Shown here piece after piece: positions 60,477 to 64,000 of a stretch of DNA of 64,000 nucleotides. Location: contig JBHGNT010000020.1 of NCBI GenBank assembly GCA_043228905.1, positions 8,618,001-8,682,000 of the forward strand. Reading direction: 5' to 3'. Made by a program: the position numbers and the translations under genes. This stretch comes from Azolla caroliniana. Lineage: Eukaryota > Plantae > Polypodiophyta. Within the stretch, counting starts at the first letter, position 1, and each line of letters begins with the position of its first letter. The notes under the pieces were generated by a model. The model did not search any database, was not told the DNA's origin, and was given only the letters and a program-made list of their open reading frames with translations.

Positions 60477-63400
60477 GAAATATGTAAACAGTAGATCCTA
60501 ACCCTAATTTTGATATCGGAAAATAACAAGATTCAGAAACACCAACTTATACTAAAAACAGCAAATCAGAAACCCTAAATTTTGATAAGCCAACATCATC
60601 AAAAACCCCTGATATCTATGACCAAGGAGGAGAAGCATAGTAGAGGTTGGTGTTCTCCCCTTGAGACATTTTCCTCAAAACAATGCCCAATTGAGAGTCA
60701 AACCTCTTCCACATTCTACAGCTCCCAAAACAGTGGTTTCTCTAGTATGAGAGATACACACTCACAATGATTGATGTGAGCTCCATGTGCACAGTAAAAT
60801 AATTACTCAGGTTCATGCCATCTTCTCTGAGTTTTCAAACCCAATCTATCCACGATGACAAGAATCATTATTTCCGACAGGTTCCTAGTCAGCATGCATG
60901 TTGGACTCGAGCCCTGGTCCAATCATGACTCTTACACCAAAAACTTTAAGAGTGTGATTATCAAAACTCAAAACACATACAATCACCCTAGTCCTAGAGA
61001 CAATTGTTTTAACTACCTTTCCCAGGGAATAACATTCACGTGAATATTCAGCTGGTAAATGAAGTACTTTGTGATGCATTCATTCAAAGTAGGATTGGCA
61101 TATTCAAGCACTTTATACTGCATTCATTGACAATAATCTATCAGATACCAGATAATGAATTGAAGTACTTTATGCTGTATTAATCAAAAGTAAGTTTGAT
61201 CAGATACAGGTAGTCAAATTGGCATATCCAAGTACTCTAATGGTATCTGATTGTAAACAGAAGACAGAGAAAGATTAGGATCCAAAGAAGTCCAATAACC
61301 CCCACCTTGAAGCATCTTTTCCTCTCTGAATGCTTGCTTAGATAAAATGTTCTTCTCCTGAGTGATATACCAATTGTTGGCAAATTGTTGTTGGCAGATT
61401 AAATACTGCTAACTAGGAAACCTTGCTATGGTGAGAATGAAAGAAAAAGTTCTATTAACCTTCATGGTGACTGAACTTGACCTATGTGACCAAACCATCT
61501 CGGGTGTGATTGGCATATAGACATTTGAGAAAGAAAAGAAAACATATTGGGTACAAAAATTGTATGAACTTTTTTATATCTTATAATCAGCCGTATTCTC
61601 TTAAGATGTTTTGAAATCTTAAATGATGACAATCATATGGTGATAAACTTCCAATTTCCTTGTTCTGGCTTATTAAACCTTGGCAGTTGCATTCTATCCA
61701 ATCATTATGGTGTGAGTTCGTTGGCTATCTGCACTTTTGTGCCTTTAAGAAATTGTGCTTGCTTCATTACTTTGATTTTTTCTGTAGGTTATCGTATAGC
61801 AATATTATCTGTTTCCCCTTCACACTTACCAGGCGATATCCTACATCAACAAATGGGATGGAATTTTGGCATATTCTTTGGAAATATTCATTAATTGGAA
61901 ATATAGGTATTATTCTTGATCTCTTTGATGCCTAGGGCTTCTACTTAGGGCCAATTGTGAGCTACCCCTCCAACTCGAATCCTGAATTCATTGAAGTTCT
62001 TTTTCTTCTATCTATGCAGTAACATCATCAAAACTTTGTCTATTTGCAGTGCGCTCCTGATTACTTTGTAATTTTTTGCATTCCCTCAATTTGCTTAGTC
62101 TGAGTGTTTATGTGATCTTTGACTTATTGCCCAGGTCAATGCACTTGTTTCATTCAAGTGTTGGTGTTTACCTTGATGTCTTGTTCAAAACCACTAACCT
62201 TTTTTCGTTGTTTGATGTAAACTTTGTAGTGTTTGATTTGATTCTAGATTTGAATGATCAGATAAAAAAGGTACTTCTCTTATGGAGGAGGTTGGTGATC
62301 TAGGTCTTTGCACAGCAGAGGTCAGCACTTGTGAGAGAGACCTCATTTAGGCATGGTGTACTAGACTTGAATTCCGTTCCATTATGGGGCAATATCTCCC
62401 TGGATTGGAAATGGAAGACACACCTGATTGGGGTACAATGGGCGGTACCTTATTTATTAGGTTTAAAAGAATATAGAGATGGTATATAATTGGTTCCCAT
62501 TAATATTAGAAGCTAAATCAGGCTATACAATACCTTTTTTACAGTAAGTCCATATGCTAGGAGGTGGAATTTCAAGAACAACAACAGAATGGGAGCAAGA
62601 ACATAAGCAAAAATAAAAGAAGAGCTTACAAGAAGAGAAAGAGAAGAAAGGTCTATCAACACGTATTGGAGGTTGAAGTTGGCCTTTCTCACAATTCAGA
62701 ACTAAAAGTAGTATTCTATGTTTCCAATAAAGGACAAATAATGATGATGATGGTTCAATGTACGATCATCTATGCTATATGAGTGGCAATCATGATATTT
62801 GTAAGTATATGAATAAGTTCATCCTCAATGGCATGATGGCATGCATTGGGGATCATGGGTTTGACAGTTCTCATACTAGAGTTGATGGAATGTCTGTGCG
62901 CAAGCTGTCCTCCTTTGGACATTGTTTTCAATGTGGGTCCAGGTCTCTCTCATCTGTTTTTGGTGTAAATTTGGTTTCTGTTATGTGCCTGGTGCTTCTT
63001 CACGTGTACTAGGCCATGGTGTCATAGTTTGACAATGTAAAATTTCTTCTCTGGTGTGGATCACTTTTAATATCTTATCATTTTTTTATTGCCACTTATA
63101 CATGAACTATTGTCTTTCCTGGGCAAAGGGCAAAATACTCCTGAAACAAATCTTGGTTTCCTAATTCCTTCCAGGTTTTATGGGATATGTCTGAAAGTGA
63201 AGAGATCCTTGTATTTGACCCAGACTGTCCCTGTTGTATTTAAGTTCCTTCAGCCACACCCTAATGCAAGCAATCAGGTCATTTTGCACAAGGGTCTAGA
63301 GTGCCATACATTCACCATCTGTGCTTAATCTAGGGCCATGATCCACAATCATAAATGGAAAATCTAAATTAATTACAGATCCCTTTGATTATGTATAAAT

Positions 63401-64000
63401 GGTCCTTCAAATTTACATGATTCTCTTGAGCCATTGCTTTTGGTTCTAGATCACCTCTAATTATTATGACGTCATCCCTTTGGAATGTGTTGATTAGTGC
63501 TTAGATTTGACTCTCTTGAACTTGATACATGATAGCAAAAGCTATATCCTTCCATGGCTTCCTTTGCCAAGTTTGTTTGTTGGAGGATATCTTGCAATGT
63601 TCTTAGTTCACTGCTGGTTTGTGGAAAGGGGAGCCTCCTCCATTCCCTCTGAGAAATTTGTTGTTCTTCCCAAACCTTACAGTTTATAATATGGAGCCAG
63701 TTGTGTAAATTTTCAAATAGATACACCTCAGTGAGTCATATATCTTCAGGAACTATCTTCTTCAAGCGAGGACAATTGTGTGGCCTTACAAGTCACAGCA
63801 CTAGTCACTTAAGCAAAACAGGGCTCATCTCAGACACCCTTAACACTTTTGGCTTGTATATTTATTTAGTTTATTATACACTTTATTCTGAACTAGCCCA
63901 TGTTATGAACTTCACCAATAAAAGTTCCAGCAACACTTTTTGAAACATAATAAAGGTGGTCTGTAGTACATATTGTACCGTGAATATCAGTGTCGACTCC

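Overview
Eukaryotic DNA, most likely from a non-seed land plant (inferred from the TE lineages and the intron-containing PP2A B' gene). Bases 1 to about 55,000 are a nested pile of Ty3/gypsy and Ty1/copia LTR retrotransposons, and several junctions resolve to the base by TSDs (ccttg, gcgc, aggct). Most copies are decayed. One gypsy (20257-27515) is almost intact and one copia (33570-39070) is young. A PP2A B'/B56 gene starts at 57905 and runs into a >5 kb intron. The standout is a 7,687-bp TIR DNA transposon (46601-54287; 37-bp TIRs, 4-bp TCAG TSD) inserted in a copia integrase, carrying two divergent genes. One is a Sola-like DDD transposase with a BAH/Tudor-like C-terminus. The other is a six-exon spliced gene (about 968 aa reconstructed) fusing a ParB/Srx-like domain to a prokaryote-type beta-class N6-adenine/N4-cytosine DNA methyltransferase, with 25-bp palindromes in intron 1. 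Both genes are lesioned in this copy. A second oddity is that Athila-like gypsy elements here have a tRNA-3'-end-like sequence ending in CCA (an inverted PBS) where the polypurine tract should be. All family assignments come from motif recognition by eye, without database searches.
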